A stretch of DNA of 64,000 nt from a virus: positions 32,001 through 96,000 of IMG/VR virus record IMGVR_UViG_3300031715_000001; one strand, 5' to 3'. The position numbers were made by a program, and so were the translations under genes. Positions 39,101 through 47,462 of this stretch are shown one piece after another (position 1 is the first letter of the stretch; every line of letters starts with the position of its first letter). The notes beneath the pieces are model-generated. The model saw nothing but the letters and a program-made list of their open reading frames with translations, was not told the origin of the DNA and searched no databases.

Positions 39101-42100
39101 GGTGATGTGAGGTTCGGTTTCACGTCCATCCTCGGCGAGATCGGAATCGGGAATCTTCGCGGCGGCTTTGCGGAAGGCGTCGGCGAATTGCTGTGGCAGA
39201 TTGACCTGAGTAGAAGAATAATCGTGTGCCTTCTTTTCCGTTGGAGCGTTTTGCTGCCCAACTGAGGCTTGGGCAGCGGCGCGCGCTTCCGTCGCTTTAT
39301 CTGCCCCCTCCTGTCCGAAGGCATCAACAATCTCGTTCAAGGTTGCCGCCGCCATTTGGCGCGCATTCGCTAGCGAGGCTTCGAGTTCCTTCTTCCGCTT
39401 CGGCGTGAGCTTCGGATTTCGGAGGGCTTCCTCTAAATTGCGCGCTGCGTTTGCGTGCCCGACGTATTGGTCGCGGGCTCCCTCGAATAGCGCCTCGGGC
39501 GGATTCTCTTCGCCTTCATAGCGGGAGCCTTCCCGGACTTTCAGCGGTTCGGCAGCCGGCGGTTTCGCCGCAGCAGTGGGCTCTGGCTGGAGTTTCTTAA
39601 TCCAGTCGATCATCGCCTGTTGACGTTTGGCAGTTTTCTCGGGAACATCCGACGGAAGTTTTGCCGTCAGCGCATTCTGCGGGCGTGTTGCACTTTTCAG
39701 AAATTCCTGAATCGCTTCCTCGCGTGTTGGATAGAACTTATCGAATCCCGAAGTTCCGAGGTGTCCGCCAGCTTGTCCCTGTAAATTGAAATTGCCCGCG
39801 ACTTGCCATCCCTTTCCAGGATGATTGCCAATATGTACATCAATCTTGTCGTTGCCCTTCGAGCGATATTGAAGTTTCTCGACTTGCGGCTCGGGGCCTG
39901 CCGCGGGAAGGGAAGAAGGAGTTTCAGAGGTAGCTGCGGGCTTCAGTAATTCGCGAGGCTTCGAACCATCCGCTGGTCCGATGATTCCTTCCTTCTCCAT
40001 CCGATCAAGCATGCGGGCGGCTTGACCGTAGCCCATTCGCAACTTTCGTTGCAGGATAGACGGTGAGGCTTTTCCAGCCTCGCGGACGACTTGAAGCGCT
40101 TCGGGATAACGAGCCTCTTCCGCTTCTGGAAGAGTGGGTGCCGGGAGAGAAACCTCTTTCGGAAGAGGTGTCGCTTCCGGCTGCGCCTTCACACTCTTCG
40201 GTGGATTAAAACTAGTTGCTGCATGTTCAGTTAAGTACACTCCTGGTTCTGCATCATCAGATACTTTCTGTAATCCTTTATCTGTTGATTTGAATAATTG
40301 TCCTGTTGCGGACCAATAAGGCTTCTTAGCCATCTCAGCATGGTCAAATTGGAAATCAGAGGGTGATCCGGCTTTCTTCCAGGCATCGACGATCTGCAGG
40401 CCTCCGCCGGTCAAGACGACTAACGCACGGCCTTGGGGCGGAAGATTCTTTTCGACCTGGTCGAAATTCTGTAGCGTCGGCAATTTGAATTGGTTGAAGC
40501 TTTGCCCCGGTTCACCGGAGATAGGACTTACGCCTTCCGGTTTCGAATCCGGATTGAGCATGAGCGAGGAGACTTTGTCTGCGACCTGGTCAACTGGTTT
40601 ACCTTCATCCTCACCGCGGGCCCAGCCGTCGAAGGCCGGAACTTGGGTGGGCGAGTCCGAGAAGTTCTTGGCCGTATCGACTAATCGATCGTCGGTACCG
40701 GTAATGACCTGATCGAAGGGCTTCGATAATTTGGAGGCTAATTCTGAGGCTTGTTGTTCTCCTTGAGAAGACAGGGGAATATCGGCTGATCCGGTGACTC
40801 TACGAACTGATCCTGCAGTATCCGCGCCTTGAGCGGGGGGAGGAGGTTCAGGTTGAGCACTGCCAGGTCCGCCTCCGGTCTCCACAGGAAGTCCACGTAG
40901 ACCTGCGGGGCGTTGATCCTCAACTGGCGGTTGGACACTACCTGGCTGACTTTCAGGAACAGCTCCGGACTGTTGCAGTTCCTGATCTCGACCGTTACTA
41001 GGTGATACATTGGTTGCCTTTGCGGCCAGTTTGGTGAACAAAGAGAGCGGCAACCGCTGGCCGGGGACCACGCTTCCATCAGGTAGTTTCTGGTCGAATT
41101 GAACGCCCGTGTTATCGGATTTGGTGACAGTGTAGGTCCCTGAAGGGAGTTCGAAGCTGGAGCCAGGACTCAGCGCGGACGGTGCTGGAGACGTTGCCGC
41201 GGCGGGAGTTTTGAGAAAGTCTTCGGGCGCGACGGAGAGATCTGGAGCAGCTCCGCCGGCGGGTTGAACGGGCGGGACGCCAGGCGGGGGAATTTCGCCT
41301 GCAGGCGGAGTAGGCGGCGCTTCAGGTGCGGGGCCCGCGATTTGCTTCGGTGCCATGGCAGCGCGTTCTTGGGCCTGACGCTCCGCGTATTCGCGGTTGA
41401 CCTTGTTCTGGAGGAAGTCCTTTAGCGCGGCGCGAAACTGCGCGTTTCGGATCATGCCCGGTATGCCGGTGATAACCCCGCCTCCGGCCGCTCCGACGAG
41501 ACCGGCTAAAGTTGAGGCTACTTCGTCGTATTCCTCGGGTACGTCCAGTTTCTTGAGCAGTGCATGGGTGGCTTCGGTCGAAGCCGTCCCCAGACCGAGG
41601 GCGATAGCAGCCTCTACGGGCGCGATAACTCCTTCACCGACCATCGCGGGTGTGCCGGCTTTCATCGCTCCACCCAAGACGTTCCCCACCCCTCCTGCAA
41701 ATTGCCGGGTGAGTTGTTCCTGCTCCGATGGGCTGACGGGCGGCGGTTGCGCTGGCACGATGGAGCTTGGGCCAGCGACGATAGGCGCTCTCCTTGAAAG
41801 CGGCTCTGCCATCTGTTCGGCGCCGCGAGCGATTTGCTCTACTCCCTGTACTGGGGCGTCTAAAACTCCGAGCGGGCCGGTGCCGGTGTCATCGCCGTAG
41901 TAGCGTGCTCCGGTTCGCGGGTTGATGAACAAAGGCGCATTGTTCGCTATTGCTCGTGCCTTGGCGTCCGCGGGCGTCTGCAGCTCGCCAGGGGCAGGCG
42001 GAGTGGGAAGTGCTGGTACTGACCCCGGCTCAGGTTGTGCGGTGGTGAGCCCCGGTGGAACCGTGAGTGGAGTAGTGGGTGGTATGGCCGTACTGGAGAC

Positions 42101-42613
42101 CGTTCCACGTGCCACGTCGGGAGCAGTGATCGGAGTTTCCCCGGCCACTTCCCAGCCAGTGTTAGAGACCGGTGATTCTGACGCGACGTCCCAGACAGCA
42201 GAACTGCTTTCTTTGTTCGCTTGGAAAGCTGCTAATTTCTCACGATCGACGGAGGAGAGCTTGGCAGTTCTGTTCGCGCCCAGCGACTTCTCCGCGTCCC
42301 GAATGTACTGCTCGGTATCGTTTTCAGACGGCGGCGCGTAGGAGTTGATATAGTCGCCGAGCGTGTCCCCTTTGTCCGCCCTGGACTGGATGTGCTGCCG
42401 GAGCGCCTCGTAGCCCGACTCAGGGGAATCGAATTTCGCAAAGCTTCCATTCTGGGTTGCACCGGGTTGTTTAGCATACTCCAAATTTCCTGGGTTGTTG
42501 TTCTGGTAGGCCAACTGGACGCGGTTCGGCTGTCCGGGCGCGACGGGAGGAATCGTCACGCTCGCGCTAGGAGCAAGGTCCTGTTCTTCTTCTACTTCCC
42601 AAGCTACGGGCAT
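33158..42613 (-). CDS. Giant multi-domain internal virion/ejection protein
   Basis: 3151 aa; NNNPGNL...YAPPSENDT lysozyme-like, phosphatase-like, FtsK-gamma and 2H (HITV/HVTI) domains; follows the gp7/gp20-like genes. Confidence 0.85.
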   Translation of the reverse strand: MPVAWEVEEEQDLAPSASVTIPPVAPGQPNRVQLAYQNNNPGNLEYAKQPGATQNGSFAKFDSPESGYEALRQHIQSRADKGDTLGDYINSYAPPSENDTEQYIRDAEKSLGANRTAKLSSVDREKLAAFQANKESSSAVWDVASESPVSNTGWEVAGETPITAPDVARGTVSSTAIPPTTPLTVPPGLTTAQPEPGSVPALPTPPAPGELQTPADAKARAIANNAPLFINPRTGARYYGDDTGTGPLGVLDAPVQGVEQIARGAEQMAEPLSRRAPIVAGPSSIVPAQPPPVSPSEQEQLTRQFAGGVGNVLGGAMKAGTPAMVGEGVIAPVEAAIALGLGTASTEATHALLKKLDVPEEYDEVASTLAGLVGAAGGGVITGIPGMIRNAQFRAALKDFLQNKVNREYAERQAQERAAMAPKQIAGPAPEAPPTPPAGEIPPPGVPPVQPAGGAAPDLSVAPEDFLKTPAAATSPAPSALSPGSSFELPSGTYTVTKSDNTGVQFDQKLPDGSVVPGQRLPLSLFTKLAAKATNVSPSNGRDQELQQSGAVPESQPGSVQPPVEDQRPAGLRGLPVETGGGPGSAQPEPPPPAQGADTAGSVRRVTGSADIPLSSQGEQQASELASKLSKPFDQVITGTDDRLVDTAKNFSDSPTQVPAFDGWARGEDEGKPVDQVADKVSSLMLNPDSKPEGVSPISGEPGQSFNQFKLPTLQNFDQVEKNLPPQGRALVVLTGGGLQIVDAWKKAGSPSDFQFDHAEMAKKPYWSATGQLFKSTDKGLQKVSDDAEPGVYLTEHAATSFNPPKSVKAQPEATPLPKEVSLPAPTLPEAEEARYPEALQVVREAGKASPSILQRKLRMGYGQAARMLDRMEKEGIIGPADGSKPRELLKPAATSETPSSLPAAGPEPQVEKLQYRSKGNDKIDVHIGNHPGKGWQVAGNFNLQGQAGGHLGTSGFDKFYPTREEAIQEFLKSATRPQNALTAKLPSDVPEKTAKRQQAMIDWIKKLQPEPTAAAKPPAAEPLKVREGSRYEGEENPPEALFEGARDQYVGHANAARNLEEALRNPKLTPKRKKELEASLANARQMAAATLNEIVDAFGQEGADKATEARAAAQASVGQQNAPTEKKAHDYSSTQVNLPQQFADAFRKAAAKIPDSDLAEDGRETEPHITVFYGLHTNEPADVQKLIADQGPIKANIGRISIFPASKQHPDYDVLKLAVDSEGLKRLNKKLSKLPNGNEFPEYKPHVTIAYVKAGEGKKYAGRAVPGLTGKQIEFDRVHFMPKTGERTDIPLGAQASSAAATPGRQQEPQKSKTGEKNESKPTEVVPQRPAHPPTEATPSETSEAGGSKGAQPGPSSPRASTSSISERGTEGPTSAPAGEGTETERAKGESAKTVKSASGLTNDQVEDLRHAANDAFVAKAKELGLEVEGPSKSQSFLTREPNGKTWLWGAIHGNGRTLVPSAWTPLNISAMRQQPITTTREKPTKATAKKSKPVPPLIARRREFYTPGNVIFSGYWHTYDKVLAYDEKPGGGWTLTEQRVNEDGSPIAGEQPRTHSTPPDKGSRIVSRASVTQPTDYLAPKSPSALEGAPAPEQPKMPERAAPSVQKKEQQAMAAAPKPDEVPGTAASPGLVRTWIESLEERLKRGKPASQEYGNLLEEAEEYRASANLQTPSNYEYADQVIRDGHIRRNDALAKQKQKVPEAKKKGPPIEVKASTVTFGKEKAENGRKVFTAYGVDAEGKPTGERVDLRQSRNISDGWDVERKYYDTPPGEANKYGRQETEIVGAGYPKAEARAVAEAFLKGEPSPFAKAEAGLPMSEYKPGSGKIEDPGDSRFGFNGPIPFKGGVWHTNGHILVEGAPPKYWTPSEVERKGPDISKVIPNKGGKTVTPVGFYKQGAHEYVVFSNGGVMDSGYFDYLNKAHKPDKWTAIATNEAFQAHKGSKLVGLVMPIRNDAVPEKLRSLTALASEPVSIEGSRIPHLPEDVRNAQYISEAPNGFHARRAVIEPIPIGPQYHDLAVAYLGNQSAMELVARAGNKTQDSIPFTHAALHISPRDTFVLSRNLGRLFPHNAPEPVRRLREMLDSAGPAGKSFILVSDSPAMDQHRDTAFTEELHHALQATLQGTATKHFGESLSRFTGSPVYEKAALHLSRTYSDLAPDSPEQATEVAVRLMRPQGYQELGLSVPDARSLAAQYVRTLRREYGSKAPGRIAREVFSAFGPERAPSESQELPGGPATERGEGPSGSSGPDISAYRPEESSFSDEQPRPGPDESPTTTDREVRPRKTRDVVPGKRGERGSAPALGDLIQTGYEGARGGNYSVRGAVESSLIRGLGQTKRASPPVHEAMLRGASPEARSAAIIRASLPLMRKALEGTGVPVESLFLYYVDSRLQGIRDRWQDFANQAQKLTDEQMEKDFSGGGEEGSMSQDFVDMLDNLQGRAGMPENPAQIASALVEQKRWEDLRNYLWPLFETAANNVRPAMDTDHFDHIRDQIKTNPKVKEADRIYGERIEHPIAQNHALNEGVFTTALGPAGRYFPLLAAEEGKPTFFEKLGFKKPGNSRNVMATGLSKKGYVVDIERFRQALARDLSQGGRASVIQAAYDAGLMKKVPRSSSVDTDTFLWRGKEYPTKKVTVTPPRMVIKQGEKSFYTQAVQAYMPKWFYDEIKDVVDKDSRPEPGAIHRALQMVNTFALQGPADMTFHSANLVGALIANTPFLSSSLGGMLASSNILTKKFQALGMLATTDPTKEEAVQAFQEMADAGALPTRYASVTYSKELAKLTGAKLVRYSLSPMLYGPKGIDARARYIMWRVAKAINPNVSPQELNEFVNQLGNYTPALWSDLEKHVKAFPFSPFYTAGSTMIRNGVNAMFSSGPTITPGEGKAPWVPKNKAQLRLWHALTAGILGTLGVWFLLSKELTGKYPWEDKRSKFLSIPVGSGAGRIDKFRHSTLGNTLWGKGPEVGYVNVYAFNPLIRRGAMALGVPGAYQTLMERGTGGQAREAGMRDIVNTFSHPVLGPLPRAAVTATLSKEPYLTGFRDRSGKLAPELMSAIPDKTPAGWPTTWRTALAAAAQLNAFANSIGDIAGLQGNEKREQEAARVKVGPVKINATAVLNNVLNMSIVGTGLIGNSTNPFAAEHVLQQQRAATASSR

Positions 42614-42621
42614 TTAGTTTT

Positions 42622-44151
42622 TTACTGACCGGGTTGGTCGAGTCTGACCTGCTTGCCACCCTGAAGCGTCCAGGTCTGGCCATTCTTGAACTTCGTCGCC
42701 ACTCCCTCTTTGAGGACAGAAGCGGGCGGCGCTTGACTTGTGGCCGCCGGTGTTCCGGCCGGAGCCTGGCTGGGCGACTGGATAGCCGGGGTATATTTTC
42801 CCCACCCGTGGCGTTTCAGAATCTCATCTTGCTGGTTGTTCAGAATCTGCGCTCGCTGGTCGATGCCGTTCATGAGCGTGGTGGCATCGTCGATCGGCAT
42901 GTCGCGATTGGTCTTGGGATCTTTAATCGTGTCCTGACCGTCGGCGGACGCCTTCTGAATTCGGTTCTTGTACTGCGCTTTCAGTTGCCAGAGTTGCGCT
43001 TCCTGGCCCTGCAGCGTCTTCTGTAGTTGCGCCTGACGCTCGTCGTCGCGCGATTGGATCATCTGCTGATTGGCTGACGCGCCCGAAGTTCCTTTCGCCT
43101 TCTGTTGCAGCGCCAATGCGTTGGCCGCCGACTGGCGCACTTCCGGAGTTTGCGTCGGATCGCTCGCAAGCACGGCCAGGGCTCCAGGAGTGGTCCCAGC
43201 GCGTTGGGTCATGGCGTCGGCGCGCTGCTTTTGTACGTCCCGTGAGGTCCGTTGATTCGAGTTGAGCGGTACTTCCTGAATCTTCGCGGCCGTTGCCTGG
43301 CCCTGCGGCGTTGACGGGTCGAAGGTCTGGAAATTCTGGAAGAACGGTTTTACCGCTGGATCCAGATTTTCGAGCCATTCGGAATGCTGTTCCTGGTTGG
43401 TGACTCCCAGGTGCTCGGCGGCGGCGTTCTCTTTCTTCTGCTGTAGCGCGTAAGCATCGTTCCCGGCGGCATACTTCTTCTCGATACCGAGCCGCTCTTT
43501 GGCCTGCGCTTGCGCATCCACGTCCTTGTCCCAAGCGGCGAGCGCCCCGACATGCGCTAGGTGAGACCGGAGCGTAGTGTCGGACAAATCTCCCGGTTGT
43601 GCGGGATAGTCCGGGTCGTTCTCGCCGATGAACTTTTGATCAAGTAGCGTTTGACGCAATCCGGGATAGGCGCCTGCACGCTGCTCGGCCGGAAGCGAGA
43701 GTAGGCTCTGTCCCGCGTTCGCCAGGGCCGTATTCCTAAGCGCGTTGTTTTCCTGTTGGATCTTGGGGAGTTCCAGTTGCTGCTTGATGTAGGCCTGTTG
43801 GTAATCCTGAATCGGCTTCCAATTCCTGGGCTTGATCTGGGGTTGTACGTCTGCCTGGAAACCGTTCCAATCAGTCGTGCCGTCGGGTTTCTGGAAACGC
43901 GCCATCGAGTCCTGGATGGTCTGCTGATCGGCCTGGTCCTCTTGCGCCTTTTGTAGGTTCAGTTGGAATTCCTGACCTTGCGTCCCACTGTTTTGCACCT
44001 GGTTGGCGAGAGCCTGGGCGCGCAAGGGACCTTCGGCTACCTGTTGACGCAATAATGCCGCACGATTAGCCGTCTCCGCTATAATCGCCGGATCGGTGAT
44101 GTCGGGAGGCTTTATTCCTGTGGCAATTATGGATGGATCAAGAAGTGGCAT
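42622..44151 (-). CDS. Ejection protein (P22 gp20-like position)
   Basis: Gln/Ala-rich, helical; MPLLDPSII start; synteny. Confidence 0.65.
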   Translation of the reverse strand: MPLLDPSIIATGIKPPDITDPAIIAETANRAALLRQQVAEGPLRAQALANQVQNSGTQGQEFQLNLQKAQEDQADQQTIQDSMARFQKPDGTTDWNGFQADVQPQIKPRNWKPIQDYQQAYIKQQLELPKIQQENNALRNTALANAGQSLLSLPAEQRAGAYPGLRQTLLDQKFIGENDPDYPAQPGDLSDTTLRSHLAHVGALAAWDKDVDAQAQAKERLGIEKKYAAGNDAYALQQKKENAAAEHLGVTNQEQHSEWLENLDPAVKPFFQNFQTFDPSTPQGQATAAKIQEVPLNSNQRTSRDVQKQRADAMTQRAGTTPGALAVLASDPTQTPEVRQSAANALALQQKAKGTSGASANQQMIQSRDDERQAQLQKTLQGQEAQLWQLKAQYKNRIQKASADGQDTIKDPKTNRDMPIDDATTLMNGIDQRAQILNNQQDEILKRHGWGKYTPAIQSPSQAPAGTPAATSQAPPASVLKEGVATKFKNGQTWTLQGGKQVRLDQPGQ

Positions 44152-44182
44152 TTAAAAAAGAATGAAGGTCTCAGACTTGGAA

Positions 44183-44708
44183 CGTTTCGTGCCGAACTGA
44201 GGTTTCGGCACGTTGGGCTAGCGCGTTCCGGCGTTCTATCCGTTTGTTTCGCCAGTGGTAATAACGCCAGCGACAGTGCAGAATGAGCGAAGAAAGCGAA
44301 CGCTCAGTATATTCGCTGCACCCGATTTGAATCGAACTTGTGGTTGTTTTCTGGTCGACATACCACTGCCGCCAGACGATATGACCATCCGCCCTCTTGC
44401 GAACGTCGAGGTGCGAAGGAAAGTCCTCCAATCGGCACATGATCGGAGGGTCAGCTTCCTTCGGGCATATTCGGATAAACAGGCAGAGTACGACGTTTCG
44501 GTAGATATTCCCGGTCGAGGCTTCCGTACAGTCGCCACGCTTCCGTTCGCCGGAATCGTAAAGCCCGACCGAAAGACCGTCTTCGTCGTAATGTGCAGTA
44601 AGTCGCTGAATGTCAGGTCCGTGCATCGCAAGTCTCCTGGCCGATAACCGGACTGCCCGGTTAGCGGTCCGATGTGCTCTGCGCCCGTTTACAGGAGGGC
44701 GCAAGACG
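44183..44708. mobile_element. Hairpin-bounded cassette, antisense in the late operon
   Basis: Left 44183-44217; TAACCGGACTGC 44645-44656; right 44680-44708. Confidence 0.7.
44255..44647 (+). CDS. Hypothetical cargo protein
   Basis: Stop codon is the TAA of TAACCGGACTGC; start uncertain. Confidence 0.5.
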   Translation: MVITPATVQNERRKRTLSIFAAPDLNRTCGCFLVDIPLPPDDMTIRPLANVEVRRKVLQSAHDRRVSFLRAYSDKQAEYDVSVDIPGRGFRTVATLPFAGIVKPDRKTVFVVMCSKSLNVRSVHRKSPGR

Positions 44709-44716
44709 GAAGAAAG

Positions 44717-45715
44717 TTATGGGGTTCCAGTCGGGCTATAAGATCCCGCAGGAGGTGGTGCTGCTGTTCCATTTACTCCCCCACCAGGTATGAGTAAAGT
44801 GTTTCCGCTGTTGCCAGGCATTCCGTATACCACGCGATTGGCGGCATTGGTGATTCCGCCCAAGGCCGTGTTTAAAGCATTGGTCTGCCCGATCACACCC
44901 GCGCCTTGTGCGGCCGCTCCGCCCTCTAAAGCTTGCCCGGCGATCTGGGCCGCCTGCAGGCCTGTGTTGCCGGCGTAGGTCGCGGCGCTCGTGGTGTTGG
45001 CTGCGATTTTCCCCGCCGTGTTCTGTACGTTCGTATTCTGGAGCTGCCCGGTGTTTCCGATGTCGGTGTTGACCAGGCCGGTCGCCTGCAGTCCGCTTCC
45101 AGAGAGATTCTGGAGTCCCGAGATCTGCGAGAGCACGTTTTGACGGTTGGTGTTGTACTCCGATAGTGCATTATTGAAATCGGCTTGGTAGTTGGTGGCC
45201 GCCAGGCTATTGGCGAGCCGTGATGTTTCCCTCGTCGCTCCACCGGTGAGCAGTCCACCCGACGCCGCCTGGCTCCGCTGCAAGGCTTGCTGTTGCTGCT
45301 GGACCTCATAGTTATAACCGGGATTGGCGGGATTATTGGTTAGATCATTCGCGGTAAAGCTGAACTGATTCGACGGTGCGGTCAGTGAGCTGAGCGCGGC
45401 CTGCAGCCCCGTGGTGGCTGTCTGTCCGGCCTGGACATAAGGATTGACCGCCGCGATCTGATTGGTGAGGGCGCTGCTTAATGTCGCGTTGCCCGTATCG
45501 GACGCCGCCTGTAGTCCGGTGTTCGCGGCTCCGGTTGCTGTGTTGACGCCCGCCGCCGCGGTTCCGGCCGCCGCTGTAGCCTGCTGACCGACCTGTTGCG
45601 CCGCTTGAGTCTGGATCTGGGCGGCTTTCGCGGCGCCCTTGCCGCCGAAGATACCCCCGAGCAGGCTTCCGCCCGCGCCAATCGCACCAGCAGTGACGGC
45701 CCCCCCAAGCGGCAT
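44717..45715 (-). CDS. DNA transfer/ejection protein (P22 gp7-like)
   Basis: Gly/Ala N-terminal helix; NPYVQAG, PGYNY...QRSQAASGGLLTG. Confidence 0.75.
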   Translation of the reverse strand: MPLGGAVTAGAIGAGGSLLGGIFGGKGAAKAAQIQTQAAQQVGQQATAAAGTAAAGVNTATGAANTGLQAASDTGNATLSSALTNQIAAVNPYVQAGQTATTGLQAALSSLTAPSNQFSFTANDLTNNPANPGYNYEVQQQQQALQRSQAASGGLLTGGATRETSRLANSLAATNYQADFNNALSEYNTNRQNVLSQISGLQNLSGSGLQATGLVNTDIGNTGQLQNTNVQNTAGKIAANTTSAATYAGNTGLQAAQIAGQALEGGAAAQGAGVIGQTNALNTALGGITNAANRVVYGMPGNSGNTLLIPGGGVNGTAAPPPAGSYSPTGTP

Positions 45716-45718
45716 TGT

Positions 45719-46186
45719 TTAATTAATCTCCATCGGTCGGGACAGCCCAACAATAATCAAATCTTGAAGTCGGCCATGTTTCATAAACGAGCGTGGGTGT
45801 ACGCCGACGATTTCCATGCCCGAAGCCTTGGCAAACGCTAAAGCAGCGCGGTTACTCGCCACGATCGTTCCAATCAGTCTTTGGCATTTGGTTTCGCCCC
45901 AGATCCATTCCCTGAATTCCCTTGCGGCCCTACGCGCTCTTCGTCCCCAGGCTGAAGGGAGAAAGGCTTCGTGCAGTTCCCACATCACGTGAGAATGTTT
46001 GGCGACCATGAATAATCCGATCAGCTCGGGACCGTCTTTGACCAGCACGTACTTCAGTAATTCGTGCTCGGGCGGTTCCCATTCGGAAGCCGGCGGCGCG
46101 AAATCATCGTGCATGTGTTCGTAGAGTTTGGGGTGTGTCAGTATGCTCTTGAGGATCTTTGGATCGGCGCAAACCTCGAAAGTCAT
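45719..46186 (-). CDS. GNAT-fold protein (P22 gp14/DUF2824-like)
   Basis: WELHEAFLPSAWG...N.AALAFAKASG...SFMKHG. Confidence 0.75.
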   Translation of the reverse strand: MTFEVCADPKILKSILTHPKLYEHMHDDFAPPASEWEPPEHELLKYVLVKDGPELIGLFMVAKHSHVMWELHEAFLPSAWGRRARRAAREFREWIWGETKCQRLIGTIVASNRAALAFAKASGMEIVGVHPRSFMKHGRLQDLIIVGLSRPMEIN

Positions 46187-46667
46187 TCGCGGTGATACTC
46201 ACTGTCAGGTATGGGACGAGCTGGCCCGCGCGCCAGGAGCTGCCCGGCATATCGCAGTCTTTAGCGGCCAGCTTGGCCAGGAATTTCGCGATCGCGATAT
46301 TGTCCGAGAAGAATTCGGCGTAAACGCGCTCGACGCCCGCCTCAAACCCGCGCTTCAAAACCTCGAAGACAGCTTCGAGCGGAAGTCCCGAACCGTGCAC
46401 CTCTCTGGTGAAACAGATGCCACGGAACCAGGCCACGGGCTTCCCTTGAATCTCCATGCGCTGGTATCCGATGGCTCCGATCGGCAGGCTATCCCAGAAG
46501 ACCAGATAAAGGTCCCAGCCACGCTCTTTTCTCCGCTCCATCTCTTCGGTGAACTCGATGTAACTCTTCGGTCCATGGTCGGAGAAGTTAAACTCCGGGA
46601 ATTCTTGCATCCATTCCCAAAGGGTTGTGTAATACCACGATGGAAAGGGTGTCACTAATCGAATCAT
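46104..46667 (-). CDS. Second GNAT-fold acetyltransferase
   Basis: IGAIGY...VHGSG...DNIAIAKFLAKL. Confidence 0.65.
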   Translation of the reverse strand: MIRLVTPFPSWYYTTLWEWMQEFPEFNFSDHGPKSYIEFTEEMERRKERGWDLYLVFWDSLPIGAIGYQRMEIQGKPVAWFRGICFTREVHGSGLPLEAVFEVLKRGFEAGVERVYAEFFSDNIAIAKFLAKLAAKDCDMPGSSWRAGQLVPYLTVSITANDFRGLRRSKDPQEHTDTPQTLRTHAR

Positions 46668-46741
46668 TTAGGTTATGGTGCGTCTTGCGCCCTCCTGTCA
46701 ACGGGCGCAATGGAGAGGGGATGGTTTACCCGGCGGTCCGT

Positions 46742-47023
46742 TTATTGTGCGGCGGCCGCAACACCGGAGTAAGGCACGGCCCGGAGCGCGAATCCCAGTT
46801 CAGGAAACAGTTTCTCCTTCACGGCTTCCGCATCCAACTTGCGCGCGAAGCGCAGCGCATCGGCTCGCACTCGCGTAAAGGAATCCTTCTTCAAGCCGCA
46901 TCCGGACCAGTACACTTGATCGCCTTCGATAATCCAGCCGAGTTCGGCCCCAGGGGCGAAAGGCGGCTCATAAGGCGCTGGCTTCTTAGCGGCGCGCTTT
47001 CTCTTTGCGGGTTTCTTTGTCAT
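46742..47023 (-). CDS. Cargo hypothetical protein
   Basis: MTKKPAKRK...ADALRFARKLDAE; stop lies in TAAACGGACCGC. Confidence 0.6.
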   Translation of the reverse strand: MTKKPAKRKRAAKKPAPYEPPFAPGAELGWIIEGDQVYWSGCGLKKDSFTRVRADALRFARKLDAEAVKEKLFPELGFALRAVPYSGVAAAAQ

Positions 47024-47050
47024 TGGCTCGAATCCTGGATAATAGTCAGC

Positions 47051-47383
47051 ATGGCTGATTGTGAAAACTGCGCTGTTCTCCAGGCTCGAATTGACAACCT
47101 TTTGACCCTTCTCCAGGAGCAAATAGCGAAACTTGGAGACCAAACGCTAAAGAGCCCTTCCTGGGAAAGGAGAATGCGGATATTAAAGGCTGTCATGAAC
47201 AATGACGCACCGGAGCGCGGTCAGCTTAGAGAAGACTTAGTGAGGGCGGTTGCTGATCGTGACATGAGTCATATCTTCCACGAATCCTTAGCGATAGCTG
47301 TCGTTGCGGCGCATGAACTCGGCATGACGCCGGAGCACCTCTACAAAGCTGTAAGGCCAATGTGGGAGGCCGAGCATAGATAA
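47051..47383 (+). CDS. Cargo hypothetical protein
   Basis: MADCENC...; stop lies in TAACCGAACTGC. Confidence 0.6.
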   Translation: MADCENCAVLQARIDNLLTLLQEQIAKLGDQTLKSPSWERRMRILKAVMNNDAPERGQLREDLVRAVADRDMSHIFHESLAIAVVAAHELGMTPEHLYKAVRPMWEAEHR

Positions 47384-47462
47384 CCGAACTGCTCGGGCGA
47401 AGATCGCCTTTTGATTGCGTGCGGGTTCCAGGAGCACGCAAGGCGTACCAGAACCTAAATAT

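Larger units (their letters stand above)
46681..47445. mobile_element. Hairpin-bounded cassette with two divergent genes
   Basis: Left 46681-46713, right 47414-47445; outer flanks ATTTAGGTTATGGTG and TACCAGAACCTAAAT are inverted. Confidence 0.75.

Noticed and set aside
44643-44722. Classical integron attC (GATAAC...GTTATGG)
   Set aside because: The GTT end belongs to the neighbouring gene's stop and is absent at other copies. Elements are inverted pairs, and no IntI is visible.
46625-47143. Extended versions of ORFs 46625-47383 and 46742-47143
   Set aside because: They overlap each other and the element; the shorter divergent starts at 47051 and 47023 fit better.
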